Positions 1 through 13,260 of a stretch of 64,000 nt of DNA are shown piece by piece. The translations under genes and the position numbers were made by a program. The notes beneath the pieces were generated by a model that made no database searches, was not told the DNA's origin, and saw only the letters and a program-made list of their open reading frames with translations. This DNA comes from Marsupella aquatica (lineage: Eukaryota; Plantae; Marchantiophyta). Numbering within the stretch: the stretch's first letter is position 1; the number at the start of each line of letters is the position of its first letter. Location: assembly GCA_973895155.1 (NCBI GenBank), contig OZ316893.1, forward strand, positions 24,665,520-24,729,519, in the 5' to 3' direction.

Positions 1-1072
1 CAAGGCGCAACATCTCTGCCTTGCGTGCAAGTCGCACATGTTCAGCGTTGCGGGTCCTCACCATAAGTGTTGCTTTCGTTGTGATGTCCTCTGTTCACGT
101 CCTTTGATGAGCAAGGTGAGCAGGAGGTCGACTTGCCTCGCCAACAGCAACCACCTAAACTAATCAGTTCCCACTCATTGTCTTGGTTCCAACTACAGGT
201 CATAGTATACACATAGCATGAAACGTGCATAGTACATATTTGATTCTGAGTTTATGAGTTTCCTAAGACAAAGAGCTTGGTGATAAACCCATATTCTCGA
301 CGGACATGTATATCAATCATATTAAACTCCTGTTTTTTCATCCAGAAAGACCGAAAGTCTCACCTTGCAGGTTGCAGCAGAGAGAAAATTCACTGGTTGT
401 CGTGTTGTGCAAGTGAACCTCCACTGATGCCCCGGTGTAGCCCCTCAGATGCAGGTGACACTTACCAACTCCCAAGTTGCCTGGTCTAACAGAAAATGCT
501 TATATCTTCAGAACTTTATAGAGCAAGTACATGATCACATACTTCTGGATCTATTCATATTTGGAACTCTTGCCAACTACAACTCCCATTATGCACAAGC
601 TCACATCAACAGAGAAAGATACAGAATGCATACTTACTATGGCTCTAAGCACCTTCACTACCTTGTTGAACCCAGTCCTGAAGTCTTTTCAGCGTGTTTG
701 TTGTGCTGTCTCCTTTGGCACCCAACACCTTAGTCCTTGATGTAACAGAATGCGATTTTACAAGTTAGATGCTTTGGAACCTTCTATGGTCTTAGCTGAA
801 TTGATGTCATCGTAAGTGGTGAAAGACAAGGAAGACGAAAGCTGGTTGAAGAGCTGTGGACAACACACTAGCATGAAGTGCTTCAACCAATCCACTGCCA
901 AACGGAACTCTTACACAGTCACATTCTTTTAGTAAACAAAAACTCAGTCAAACTTCAGAATCAAAGTACAGACTCTGAAGGACCAAAGGAGGATGTTGTG
1001 AGTTTCTCTGTTGTTTAATGTGTTACCCTTCTAGTTTCGAAGTTAGCAAATGCTGAATAATGTGTCTACCAG

Positions 1073-1415
1073 ATCTTCGAAAAGAAGCCCACCACAATTA
1101 AGAACTTCGGTATCTGGGTCCACGTATCAGAGTCGTACAGGTTATCACAACATGTACAAGGAATATTGTGATACCACAAGAAACGGAGCTGCAGAGCAGA
1201 TGTATGATGAGATGGCTTCTTGTCATAGAGTTCGGTTCCCTTGCATCCAGATCATGAAGACTACGACAGTCCCTGTCTCTCTGTGCAAGCGAGAAAGTAC
1301 CAAGCAGTTCCATGATTCAAAGATCAAGTTCCCCTTGACGTACTGCAAGATTCAACCTCCATTGCGAAAGCTAAAGAAGACTTACAAGGCCACCAAGCCC
1401 AACACAATTGTTTGA
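1073..1415 (+). pseudogene. RPL18a: 60S ribosomal protein L18a (eL20), isolated last exon with a frameshift
   Basis: After an AG acceptor (1071-1072) reads [15 protein letters not shown], then a +1 frameshift to [46 protein letters not shown]...[12 protein letters not shown], which closely matches the plant RPL18a C-terminal half. No upstream exons recognised. Confidence 0.9.
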
Positions 1416-2602
1416 GTAGTGCGGGTGCAGGTTCCCAATTTTGAGACAATTTGGCTCATTTTATGTCCCGAGGGAATCCTGGAGTTTATGTATTGAGTTT
1501 CTAGGTGAAGATGCTTAATATAAGGAAATTCAATTATCACTTCGTTCCCAACTTCTATTAATTGAAAATACACAAGCTGGAAGCAAGAAGACAAGCCACA
1601 ATCTAGCATCTTAGCCAAACACAATCGTCCCGACAAAGCAAAACTCAGCTGGACAGAAGTCACTCGGATCCACAAAAAATTGAAGATTCACCTCCAAGCC
1701 GGAGGCTGATCACTTCAGTACAGCAGCTTCTAGACGGAACAAACTCTGCTCAGCCCCACAGAAACACAAATGTTAAGGTTCCAAGTCAGAGCTCACAAAC
1801 AGAAACTCAGATAAATAACATTCAAAATCTGTCCAGGTTTGTGCAAAGTGTACATATTCATTCTTCTGGAATGAACACGCAATGCATACATCACCTAGAC
1901 ACAGTCATTATAAATCATTGGGCGATTGGGGACCACTAAGCAGGTGTGTTCCTATTTCGAGGCTACAGGAAAGGATAGAGTGACACCAAACTCAAGAGTA
2001 CACCAAAAGAAAAACAGCAAGAACCAAAGTCAATCATGTGTGGATAAACTGCACATGGGAAGTTCCCCTGAAGAAGCATCAGTTGCTAACATTGTCACCC
2101 GAACCACACCTAGTTTATGACCTCAATGTCTTCAGCCTCAATATCCAATCCTCAGCCCCCTGGTGCTTCCGTGTTTGTTCTGAAAATTTCTGTGATGAAA
2201 TAATTATTCAATACATTCAATAGGAGTTCAGACAATCTGAAGAGGACTTTGGACTTGAATGGGGGACAGCGTGGCCATATAGTTATCCTTGTGGCCTTCA
2301 GCTACGTGTCTCACGCTGAATTTCACTTTCCAGTTTCGAGAGTTGTGAAGGTCTAGTTTTAGTAACTTCCTCCTGACTCGACTTGGGAGCATTCTCTGTA
2401 TTTGCTAGCTTGTAGTTAGCTTTGACTCCTTTCAGCTTAGTTGACGACCCTCTTGAGATATTAACAATTAGAACAAACACAAGTTGTCAAGACAGATTCC
2501 ACCGGAGCAAAAAGTCCAAAACCAGGTGAATGAAAACCTAAGGAGAGTCCATAAGAACGAAAGTAGGAAGGCAGGCGCACGGGCCACCGAGAAAAGTAAA
2601 GG

Positions 2603-2762
2603 ATGCATGTCATTAGTGGGGAGGGATCTTAGCAAAAGCAGGGGAAAGCAAGGGAACTTGCGGCTAAAATCAGCTGAAAGATGCATGTGATTAGTGGGAG
2701 GGATCTTAGCAAAAACAGGGGAAAGCAAGGGAACTTGCGGCTAAAATCAGCTGAAAGATGCA
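2603..2762. repeat. Tandem duplication, ~78-bp unit x2
   Basis: atgcatgt(c/g)attagtggg...gggaacttgcggctaaaatcagctgaaag occurs at 2603 and 2681. Confidence 0.85.
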
Positions 2763-5700
2763 CAGTTCCTAGAAATGTAGTGAACCTTAAGGTCGTCTGT
2801 TCACCCCCCACCCCATCGCCGGGCACAAGGCATGTTCTGATACAGGGAGGAGCAAAACAATCATGTCAAGCAAGAAGTGTGGAGAGACCAATCTGTAAGC
2901 AAAAATAGGGGAGAACATACATACATCAGCAGCAACAGGAAACAAGAAAGATGAGTTTGGAAAGCATCTTAGGGTCGGGGACATCACTGCAACACCGGGA
3001 CTTAGGATATGACTTGTTCTTAATCTGTTGATAGCATCCGGTAGGCCGGCAACCCATGGCAAAAGGGCAGAGCAGCAATAACAGTTTGAATCTGACGGAT
3101 GAAGCTCTAGGCAAATGAGCTCCAGGCGATTGGGTGCATGATTGAGCAGGCGATTGTAACAGCAGGCATCAGGTAATTTAAAGGAAGCAACATTCGGCAA
3201 TGGACCTAGGCAGCTCACAAATTTTGCTTAGCAGCGATGTCACCTAGACCCTAAACACGCAATGCATACATCATCTAGACAACTATACTTGCAGTCACGA
3301 GGTGAGTCCGCGTCGATAGGGGATTGTAGCCTTACTTGTGCCGATGTAGCACCAAGCCGCCCTAACTGAAGCTGCGTAGCAATCCGCAGCAATCGCTCAA
3401 TGCAAAACAAGTCCCCGGTTGGCCTTGCAGCCCGATCATCCACCTTCAACCCTGCCACCAAGCAATGAGCTCTCCGCTGTTGCTCACCCTAAACCTTCAA
3501 CACTCCCGCAAAGTTGTGTCTGCCCGCAAGATTGGGTGCGTGATTGATTCGGCAATTGTAACAGCAGGCAGCCGCAATCGGTCGCAGGTCATGGATACAC
3601 AAGCTCCAATGTGCTCCCTTTAGCTGAAACAATACCAGTTGTCGCTCACCACCAACACTTTCAGCAACAACACATATTTGTTGTAGTCCGCACCTTAAAC
3701 CTTAGCCATGGGGTGGTCAATCAAGTTCCGCAATGCCTAAAACACCGACCACCTGACTTACATGAAATGTGCACACAGCTAAGCTCACCTGCAGCTCACG
3801 CCAACCACATTGGGACAACTGAAGTGAATACTGCCGTAGCTGAACTCGACTCCTCGCGACTCTTTCGCGCCTCCGTAGACTGCCTTACTCACAGTGCCCA
3901 ACGCAAAAAAAGTCCCGGTCAATGTTGCAGCCACGATGCTCCACTCCCGTAGTTTGCACTTGCTCAGCTCACTCTGCCACAGAAGTAGACTTCTGTCGCA
4001 CCTCCCTGCAGGTTGACGCTCAACGTTCACTACCCCAACTCACTCAAATTTGAACACTCGCAACTCCAAATTGGCAGCTTCCGCTCTCAACTCCCTAAAC
4101 TTACACTTGGTAGCTGCAGCCAAAAGCTTGCCGTTTGATGAATACCTCCCGCATCATAGCCCAATGCAGCTCAGCAAGGCAGCATTATGCAGAGAAGAAT
4201 CAACTTCTCCATAAGACCAAATCTGAACAAAAATCAGCTTCGACGCATTCTATAGACAGCTCTCACCTTCCCAATCCAAATGCACTGTAGATTCCCATCA
4301 ATAAGGCAAGGCAGAGACACAGATGTGGATCCTAATGTAGCACAAGTCTATTTTGCATCCTCCTAGGAACGTTCGGCGCCGCCCCCTTGCCCCTGGGAGG
4401 TCCCACCCGCAACCATTGTTAAGCCACCACAGCTCAAAACTCAATTCGGAACCCAGTAGAGAACAATGCAAACTCATACTCACAATCATCATCGTCCCTT
4501 TGTTCGATGATGATGTCCTGGATGACCCCCACCGCATGCACCTTATAAACCTTCAGAGCCCCCTGTCCACAGTACTGCTCCACCTCCACCTCACCAATCC
4601 GCACAAGACCACTCCTCGTGAATAGGCCACAGTGAGCAAGCGAGCACACCAAAAGTTGTCACTACACTTCTTTGAAGGTCGTAGGTCAATAGGATTCACT
4701 CGGGTAAACCTAGGATGGAATTCATAATGTGAGAGTGGCACCTTCCCGCTTGCCAAACAACAACACTTCACCTCTCTGTGTGCAAGGGATGCAACTCGAT
4801 AGCAAGTTGCGCGATAGGATTCACCCAAGCAAGCGCACACTAGACGACTGCTTTGACAAGATGTGAAAACTTTCCCGCTCATGAAACAACAAGACTCTCA
4901 CTTTGCGGGCGCACTCTCTCTTTCTCCAAGTCCCTCCACAAAAGCTTTTGGCAGTCAAAAGTTTAGGGCAAAAGCTATTGCCAGTTGTATCAACTTGCAA
5001 TTGCGCAACATGGTTCATTGGAAGAGGGCTTCCGATAGAGAAATTGATGCAACGGCATTGCATTGTGCACTTAAGGAAAAAGAGGTCCTAAATTGGGCCC
5101 TTCAATATTCCCATATGAAGGGGGTTCCATTTGATATTGGCTAATTATGGGGTATATATGCAGAGCAAATTTTTAAAATGAGTTAGTGGATGAAGTGAGT
5201 TTTAATATGTGTGTGAGCAGTATGTGACAAGTACCACTAATTGGTTGTGGTGACTTTTTTAAGGTAACTATGTATGTAGAGTATTAGGGTTTAGGGTGCA
5301 TCATTATTTTTGGGGGCATGGCACAAATTTTCACACCTTTTTGAACTCAGTTGCGGCCGTGTACATGAATGTTAACTTAAATTTGGTTGGTTCTTGTCTA
5401 GCTAGAATCACAAATTTGCCCTACTTACCTAAACTTCAATTAGGGTAAAAATGTCATGTATACTTTCTTACAGGGGAACAATAAAGAGCAACTCAATGAT
5501 GGTTAAAGCAAAGGGAGGTAACTATATATAATTGCATGACATAATGTGATTAATATGATGGATCCAAAATCATATGTATTGGGCAAGGAAATCATGTAAG
5601 TCATGGTCACTTATATAACTTCAATATACTTGCCTTAACTCAGTTACAGAAGCAACTTTCCCAATAGTTAAATACATGACTTCCCAGAACTTCACCAAAA

Positions 5701-5824
5701 GTGAGTCAAGAAGATGTAACAAAGATGACACCCTAAACCTTGGAGTCACTTATTTTCAAAGGTCTCACACAAGTCATGTAAGGCTGGGTCTCAGAATGGC
5801 TCGGTTTCTTCTAGTGATCGGAAG

Positions 5825-6030
5825 TGGGATATGCGGTATCCCACTTCAGATTCATCTCCCAGATTTCATGCTTTCTCTATGAAAGAGCCGTAATATGAGC
5901 AGTTGGATACGAAGTGGGATACGTGGTATCCCATTTCGCATTCATCTCCAAGATTTCATGCTTTCTCTCTGAAAGAGCCGGAATAGGAGCGATTGGATAC
6001 GAAGAGGGATACCGCGTATCCCATCTCGCA
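5825..6030. repeat. Cluster of palindromes GGGATA-N4/6-TATCCC in ~85-90 bp degenerate units
   Basis: gggatatgcggtatccc, gggatacgtggtatccc, gggataccgcgtatccc, upstream of the ParB-MTase coding region. Confidence 0.8.
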
Positions 6031-6111
6031 TTCACACATTGGATTATGACTTGTTGCCTAATTGGACCATATTAGGCTTGAAATTCTAACAGGTGGTTTG
6101 TTCTACGTAGG

Positions 6112-9100
6112 ATGTCAAACAAGTCAAGTGCTTCGGGTTCTTCTGGCTCTTCCCGACAAGCCATCATCGATGAGATCTGGAAAAAGGATCTCTATGTTGA
6201 GGAGAAATTCCTCAGGAACAAGTGGTATTTGCGTGATGCTCGTGAGCTTGATCTTCATCGAGCATATTCAGGCCCAGCATTATGGTTGATTGTCGTGAAG
6301 GGTAAAGAGCATTGCCACCAAGGATTGGTGATTGACATAGCCAAGGCGGACATCGTTGATACAAAAACCAAGAAAGTTAAGATGGTACCAATGTTCTTTG
6401 CATTGGTGTTGACAAGACCTTCTCTGTGTTGGTTCTGAACTATGAGAAACTTGATCGAGTCTCCATGAATACATTTCCGGAGGACTTGATCACTCAGCTT
6501 GTGGCGGAGGTGCCTGATGTGGATACATTTTCATTTTGGTGCTTGAATTATGCCTTAACGTCGTGGAAGGTGGTGCGGGACTTCACCAGAATTGCGTATC
6601 GCTCAGTGGTTGGACAAGACTTTAAGGGTCCGGAAAGAACTCCATTGAAGTTGAAGATACACAGGCCAACTAATCCGTTTGGGACAGTGGAGGATTCGAA
6701 GACAACCACAACAAAAGAGAAGGCAGTTTCCAAGCCAAAGAACAAGAAGAAAGTACAAGCAACATCTGTTGGAAAATCTAGGGAAGGATCAGGTGCCACT
6801 ATCTCAGAAGATCCTGCCAAAAAGAAGACTAAGTTGGATTGACGAGAAATCTAGAAGAGAGTAGTGTCAACAGCTCCTCCTTCGCCTCTGAGATCGGTAG
6901 GTGAGATTCCTCCAACTTCACAAGGTGGGCCATCCGTCGCATCCAAGGGGAAGGGTCCCATGATTGTTGAGAGCAAGGAAGATTCAACGAATGAACTGAC
7001 TACGGCCCTACAACATGAAGAGACGTCAGTTCTAAGGGAAGAAGTGTCTCGATTAATGGAGACAAAAAGAGTTCAGAAGACCATAGTCATTTTGAAAACA
7101 ACAAACCTCCTCCTGGTCGATGACATGAAGGATGAGAACTCCACGTTGGTTCGGACTGTTGATCATTTGCACGTCAAAAATATCAAGACTTTGATGAAGC
7201 TGAATCCAACAAATTTCACGACGCCATTTGTGCTGTTTGTTATCCCTGAAGATTGTCCGTCCATTGAAGATTGGGACCCGGCCAAGGCATCGACCTGGAG
7301 ATACCGGGTAATTGGGGGTAATCACGGAGCGCGAGCCAAGAGAGAATTGTTTGAGGCTTATGGTCAGGAATCTTCAATGAACTTCAAGCCTGGGTCTATG
7401 CAGGGCTTACAAGGGCTGACGTCCAGAAACTCAGTATTCAACACAATATTGACCAGGAGTATCGGAAAAAGATGAACAATATCGATCAAATCCGAACGAT
7501 GCATAAGGTCTTCATTGCCAAAGGTATGCAAAAAACAAAAGAGACTAGAGAGGCTTGTGCGTCGGAGGTGTGTCTTGATGGCTTCATTCCAGGGGTTGGG
7601 AAAACATTGAAGAAGCACAAACCACTTTTCCAGATATCATTTAGATCTGGAAAAGTTTGGGACCTCCAAGACCAGATCTTTGACATGTGGAACAGATTTG
7701 AGATCAAAGGGCTGAACAAACAAAAATCCCCTGTGAAAATAGTGAAAAAAGGGTCCAAGCAAAAGGCCGTGCCCATTGTGAAACCTTTGAACAAGCTAGC
7801 AAATGGGCTAGCGTTGACACCTTGGAGAGCGATCCAAGGGATTGAGCACGACCGGTTTTGGAAATCCCTTCTCCTTCAAGTTAAGGATCGAATGATCAGT
7901 CTAGAGCAGATGGCCAAAGAGGCCGAAAGTTACAAGAAGCTTGTGAAGATTAGTAAACTGTTTGTGCAATTGTTTGGCCAACCAGACTAGGTGACTTGTA
8001 AACAGATGTTTCCCAAGGAGACGCAATCTGCGGAGCTCAAAAGATGGAGTGGCAATGAAACTCTCGGATGTGGTAAGTTGATTCAGCTTGCATTGGATGT
8101 TTTCATTTTGTGTTTTCAAAGGTTGAATTCAAAACTGGATACGCGTATCCCATTTGGTATTCACAATCAATTTTGGCTCTATTCAAGTTGTTTCTCTCTT
8201 TTTCTCTGGGTGGAATATGCAATGGGATACCCCGTATCCTGTTTGGGATTTGACCTCGGGTTTTGGCTGTGTTAGCGTTGTTTCTTTGATTTTCCCTAGG
8301 TGGAATCCGAAATGGGATACCCCGTATCCCATTCGGGATTCAAGTTGGAGTTTGAGGGTTAGAAGCATGATTCACCGGATTTATTTAGTCGGATACCAAA
8401 TGGGATACTCGGTATCCCTCTTGGTATTCAATTCATAGTTTTATCATTTAACTTTGACTGGTGCCTTGATGTTTTGTAGTTGAAAGCCTTCTCGAAGAAT
8501 AAGAACAAAATGGTTCAAGTGTCAAATGATGGCGAGGAGACGGCAGAGGAGGAGCTTAGTTCGGATGTTATCCCCCTGGTTTTAAGAATATGGTTCAGAA
8601 AGCTATTGAGAATTATAATTGTCGGATTGGCATCGACACTGTTCAAGCGGAATCAAGCGACCACCGTTGGAAAAATTCTGATGGAAATTTCATCAACTAT
8701 ACTCTCCACTGTGGAGATGTCCGGGCGCTTGACAGGTTCTTGGAGAAACGGCCTTACACACTTGCAATCGCCGACATTCCTTATGGATTCAATGCCGTCG
8801 GCTCTGAGAATGATGAAGTTCCATTTTCGGAGAAAGATATTATTGACATGGTGAAATGTTTTGCTGAGGTGACTACTTCACCTATGTGGAGGTTTGTTGT
8901 TATTCATTCGTTGTAACAAAGTGTCTCCGTTTTGAATGCTTTGGGAAAGACTTGCAACACTGGAGTTGAGGCAGGAATTTGGGAGAAGCCAAATGTACAT
9001 GCACACCCCTCCGAGAATAGGCTAGCTTGGGCGTTTGAGAACTGGTCCATTGGATATTATAATGAAGGTGGTATCAGGACCAGGGAAATGTACAATTTTG

Positions 9101-9446
9101 AGCATGATGAGAAAAAGAATCAACATCATCAAGGTACCTTGTGTTACCAAAAAATGTGTAACACCCTTAGGGGACGTAGTGAATCCGTACCAGAAGCCGA
9201 TAGCCCTTGCAGATTGGTTCATCAAGCATTTTAGTGAAGAAGGAGATTGGATTGCTGATTTATGCGCCGAACGTGGGTCCACTTCGTGTGGGGCTTTGTT
9301 GGCAAAGCGACATGTTACAGCTGTGGAGTTGAGTGCTCAACAGATAGACTGTATCCAGACTCGACTAGTCACGTTGGATGAATCATGGGACTTGAATGAA
9401 GCAATTGAGGAGGGTACAGGGCCGATGAGTTTTGAGATACAACCAC
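6112..9446 (+). pseudogene. ParB/Srx-like domain fused to a beta-class N6A/N4C DNA methyltransferase (frameshifted, intron-containing), 5' part
   Basis: ParB-like RTVDHLHVKNI...YRVIGGNHGARA (ORF 6864-7475). MTase motif IV-like LAIADIPYG (ORF 8590-8916), then GIWEKPN, then NPYQKPIALADWFIKHFSEEGDWIADLCAERGST...RHVTAVELS (ORF 9035-9607), the N6_N4_Mtase C-terminal pattern. Probable intron ~8073-8479. Interrupted at 9446. Confidence 0.8.
8135..8420. repeat. Palindrome cluster (tgggatacnncgtatccc) in a probable intron
   Basis: ggatacgcgtatccc, gggataccccgtatcc (x2), gggatactcggtatccc. Confidence 0.8.
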
Positions 9447-10415
9447 CAATTGGTGGTATGACAAGCACTCTCACCACTGGACCTTGCATCATGTGGTACG
9501 TCCCCTGCCTCCCCAAACCCAAGAAACCCCCTTGCTCAAGCCGATTCCCGCAGGTTTCATCCTTGGCAAGGCCGTTTCTACGGTTTAGCGGCATGGGACG
9601 CTGCTAATCCTCCTTCAACTACTTCTATGAACTTTTTACACACATATACTGGACAGATCCTTCATCGGGTCATGAGATACTTAGCCGGCCTATTCTAGTC
9701 CCTCCCTTGTATTCCTCTCCTGGTCTTCCATTAGGTATGTTTGGATTCCGCCGTCGGAATGTTCCCCAATTGGCTTGGTTAAGCCGCTAAGACCTCTCTC
9801 AGCTCGACACATCCAACTCTCACTCCCCTGCTTACTTCTATTCCTCTATTAGTTGATGTGGGCACTCTTCACACAAGTTAATGCGACACACGAATAGCAA
9901 AATGACTCCTTTTGACTAAGTTATACCATGCACTTGCCATACAAACAGTACATCTCATACACAAGCTCTACGAACTAAGCCGTGAGGCCAACTCTATTCA
10001 GTTCTTAGGTATGAGGAAACATGAATATACACAAGAGTCACTATATAACTAACCGAGAGCTTCTCTTACTACTTGATCCCAGCCCTGCTGGTGCAACTAA
10101 AAACTTGCTAAGGAAAAGGCCATGGACTCCCCGCTGCCCAGGTATTTATCCTGGCAGTGGATCTGACCAGAACTTGCTGCGTAAGCTTAATCTATCCTAC
10201 CTGTAATCTACCTAACTGTACAGCGAGGCAGGAGCACAAGTGTTGCTCCTACCAGTGGATCCGCCATCCCACTAATCTAAGTGTCAGAGTCATCTCCTGG
10301 TCTTGATCCTAATCCTAAACTTGGAGATCTGCGCCCGCCCTGCCCACTCACGCCTCCTACCTCCACGTTTGCCCTCCCTAAAAGGGACGGCGCCCTTACA
10401 CCGTCATGACACCGG

Positions 10416-11902
10416 TGTCGTGATTTTCTCTTAAGTTTTAAAAAATTGTTTGTTTTAATATGCTATAGATTATATAAGTAATTTAGTAGTTAGATTATTA
10501 AATTTAAACTTTATTAAACTTCTTTTGCTATATTAACGGACTATAGAAGTTCCACCAATGCATGTGAGTAGTTCCACCAACTACAATAATATTCACCAAC
10601 GCATAGTGGTTCTACCAACGTACAGTAGCTCCACCAGCGCATAGTAGTTCTACCAACGCACAGTAGGTCCACCAACGCATAGTAGGTCCACCAACGCATA
10701 GTAGTTCCACCTACTAAAAGTAGTTTCACCAACTATGAATAGTACTAACACACTCTTAGGTATTAGATGTTTGACACTTGGCCTTCATCCAAGTGCTTGG
10801 GCTTGATCCATGCCCTCTTGGTGTGCACTATAAATAAAGTGGTGAGGGGCACTCTCCCCTCATTCCGCAGTGTTTATCATTCAAGGTTGTGAAGCTCTTT
10901 TGTGCCTTGAACATAGTAGTGGGGCGTCCTTTGGCCCGGATAGCAAAGGAATGAGTGGTAGATTTATAGATGGGACCTTAGGGAATAAGGTTTCTTTGGG
11001 AATATAGGGGTAGGGCGTCCTTTGGCCCGGATAGCAAAGGAATAGAAGAGCCATCATGAATCTAAGAGAGAGAGAGTTATCCCTGATCTTCCCCTTCGTA
11101 ATCCGTTTTTGATTAGAGTCCATCTTTTAGACAAACCATCTATGAAGCAACATCTAACCTATCATTTTGGAGCTCAGTTTGCAACTGCTGTTATGGTTTC
11201 TAACGAGCCAATAATATACCCAGTGGTGTCGTACCGAGAGGAGTGGGAGTGCATCATCTTTGTCCTTTATTGAAGTCATGGATCTGAATAGGAGTCCGAA
11301 TGATATTCCTGTTTCATTTTTTCTTGGAGATATTAGGATCATATGTCGTAAGAAAACTAATTTTTGTGATGTGTTGGTCTGCAAGTATGATGAAATAGGG
11401 TTTAACAGTATTTTAGTTTCACCTGAACCTTTCTTAATACCCACTACCCTTGTTACTAGAATTATCATTTTGATTTTAGTGTAGAACTTATAAGCATGCA
11501 AGGTTAACTTCAAAAGAGCCAACATGCTCTTGCCAGAAAACACGGTCACCCGGACATAAGTGGCGACCATACTGGGGATACCGCTGGATTTGGAAGTTAG
11601 CTTGTGCATGTTTGAGTTCTAATGAATGAAGAGAGATATGGTTTTGGAACTTTGAGTTCTTAACTTGTTTATATTATTAAGTCAAGAGGGAAGAATTGCA
11701 ATCATGGGAACTGAGATGAATCCAACTGACATGGAGAGGTTTTCATCCTTGATTGCTGCTTACTTACATGGAATGAAGGAGAAGAAGATGGAGGAGAACA
11801 AGAAGAAAGAGTTGCTTGGTAGGACCACGAAGTACCTACACTCGGTTCTTACCAAGCAAGGAGAATTTGATGGGCGAAATGTAACCAAGTATCTCAAGGG
11901 GT
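10416..11902 (+). mobile_element. Truncated Ty3/Gypsy copy (5' LTR, PBS, start of gag), same family as 37465-45924
   Basis: LTR tgtcgtgatt...cccggaca at 10416-11556 is near-identical to 37465-38622. PBS tggcgaccatactgggga at 11561-11578. gag MGTEMNPTDMER... breaks off at 11902. Confidence 0.95.
11278..11484 (+). CDS. LTR-encoded small protein 2 (68 aa); small protein 1 upstream is frameshifted in this copy
   Basis: MDLNRSPNDIPVSFFLGDIR...RIIILILV. ORF1 at ~11056 has a 2-bp GA expansion relative to 38124. Confidence 0.55.
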   Translation: MDLNRSPNDIPVSFFLGDIRIICRKKTNFCDVLVCKYDEIGFNSILVSPEPFLIPTTLVTRIIILILV

Positions 11903-11923
11903 TTTAGGGTTTAGGGTTTAGGG
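11903..11923 (+). repeat. Interstitial telomeric repeat (TTTAGGG)3 at a rearrangement junction
   Basis: Three perfect TTTAGGG units begin exactly where homology to the intact gag (ctcaaggggt|actgg, ~38968) stops. Confidence 0.85.
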
Positions 11924-11924
11924 T

Positions 11925-13251
11925 AGCCCTCTCCTCCTGGGTTGCTCTTAGCTCCTTGTCGAGCTCTGCGACGACCACAGACTCCATCTTATTCATCTTG
12001 GCATAAGTCTGGTCGAGCTGGTTGTCCTTTTCACGCAGGTCGGCCTTGAAGCTGGCCGTCAGGGATGCAAGCTCCTGCTGCAGCGCAATAATCCCTTGAT
12101 AGGATTTCCCTAACTCTGCTTCGTTCTGCTCAAGGGCTCCGCGGATATCTTTGAGCTCTCCTTTCAATGCCCTCTCCCTTCTCTGAGTCTCCGCCATGGC
12201 CCGATTGTTGGTTTCTAAGTGGGCTTCCTCTGCATCCCTTAGCTCCCGCTTCCATTTCTCTCTCTCCTTGACTGCGCCGGCCAACTCTCCTTGGGTCCAA
12301 GTCAGTTTATCTTTGATAATCTGATTGTCAGACTGAGCGGTATCCAACTGCCCCTGCATGATGTTTAGCTCATGCCGCTTAATCCGCAACTCATCTTGGG
12401 CTTTCTTGGCCGCTTGCAGGTCTTCCACCTTGGCTTTCTTCTCCCTAAGCCGTCGGATGACCTCGTCCTTCTTGCTTCTCTCCAAAGCCACCGCTTCTTC
12501 TAATCGGTGCATTTCCAACATCTCCCTCTGGAAAAAGGGTCCCTGCTCCAACTCCTCCCCAAAGATGCTGAGCGCCAGGTCCCCACACATCTCCCTGTAC
12601 TCCATGGCTCTATCCTTAGCATAGGTGGAGTAACTAGAAGTCATCGGCATCAACCACCGCGGCCTCTGCTCCCAAGCCGTCTTGCGGATTTCTTCTACGG
12701 TGGCAAGAGGGTTGCTTCTTTTTTTCGGCAAGCCGCCTGATGTCCTCCGGCCAATCTCCTCCTGGTAAATCCTTCTCCCTAGCCAGGGCTGCTCTCTCTT
12801 CCTCCCTAAGTTGCTCTTGAAATTCTTGTGCCATCTACTTTATGCCGTCAAAGCTCGGGGGAGCAACCTCTGGTGGGGAAGACTCGGGGTTACTCTGCTG
12901 GGTGGGGTCCCCTCGAACTACTCTTGGAAGCGTGGGGATAAATTGGCCACAGGTCCTTACTCCTGGAACATGATGATCCGACCCATAGCCGGAGTTATCA
13001 TTGCTGTAGTCCTCCACCGCCTCCTCCACTACTTGGACTCCTGGCTCCTCTGCCTCTGATTCGGGGCTTGAGGCTCCCACGTACATTTGCACTCCCGGCT
13101 TGTGTTCCGGCCTCAATCTCTCCTTGGTTCCGGTAAAGGGGTCTTCCCTTCTGAGTCGGCTTAGGTTGACTTTTGGGGCAGCGTCCTGTATCGGTGTCGT
13201 TTCCGTTGCCGTTCTCTTTTCCTTCTCCAGCAATTTCAGCAGATTTTGCAT
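11925..13251 (-). pseudogene. Unknown coiled-coil protein (one stop and one frameshift), truncated at the telomeric junction
   Basis: ORFs 12835-13251 and 12634-12834 share a frame across one stop. A frameshift in an A-run at ~12720 leads into the E/K/R/L-rich coiled-coil ORF 11904-12731. Confidence 0.55.
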
Positions 13252-13260
13252 GCCTGGTTG

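Noticed and set aside
1500-5780. Numerous short ORFs, and a search for the left TIR of element A
   Set aside because: No recognisable domains, and no reverse complement of the 21237 end (cacgctgaccgacc) seen.
6112-9446. Bacterial or phage contamination as the source of the ParB-MTase
   Set aside because: The gene has GT-AG introns, is interrupted by plant TEs, and a homolog lies inside the TIR-bounded element B.
9854-10411. Possible minus-strand solo LTR (tgtcatgac...cccacatca with a TATA-like site at ~10145)
   Set aside because: No TSD, PBS or second copy found; left within the unclassified insert.
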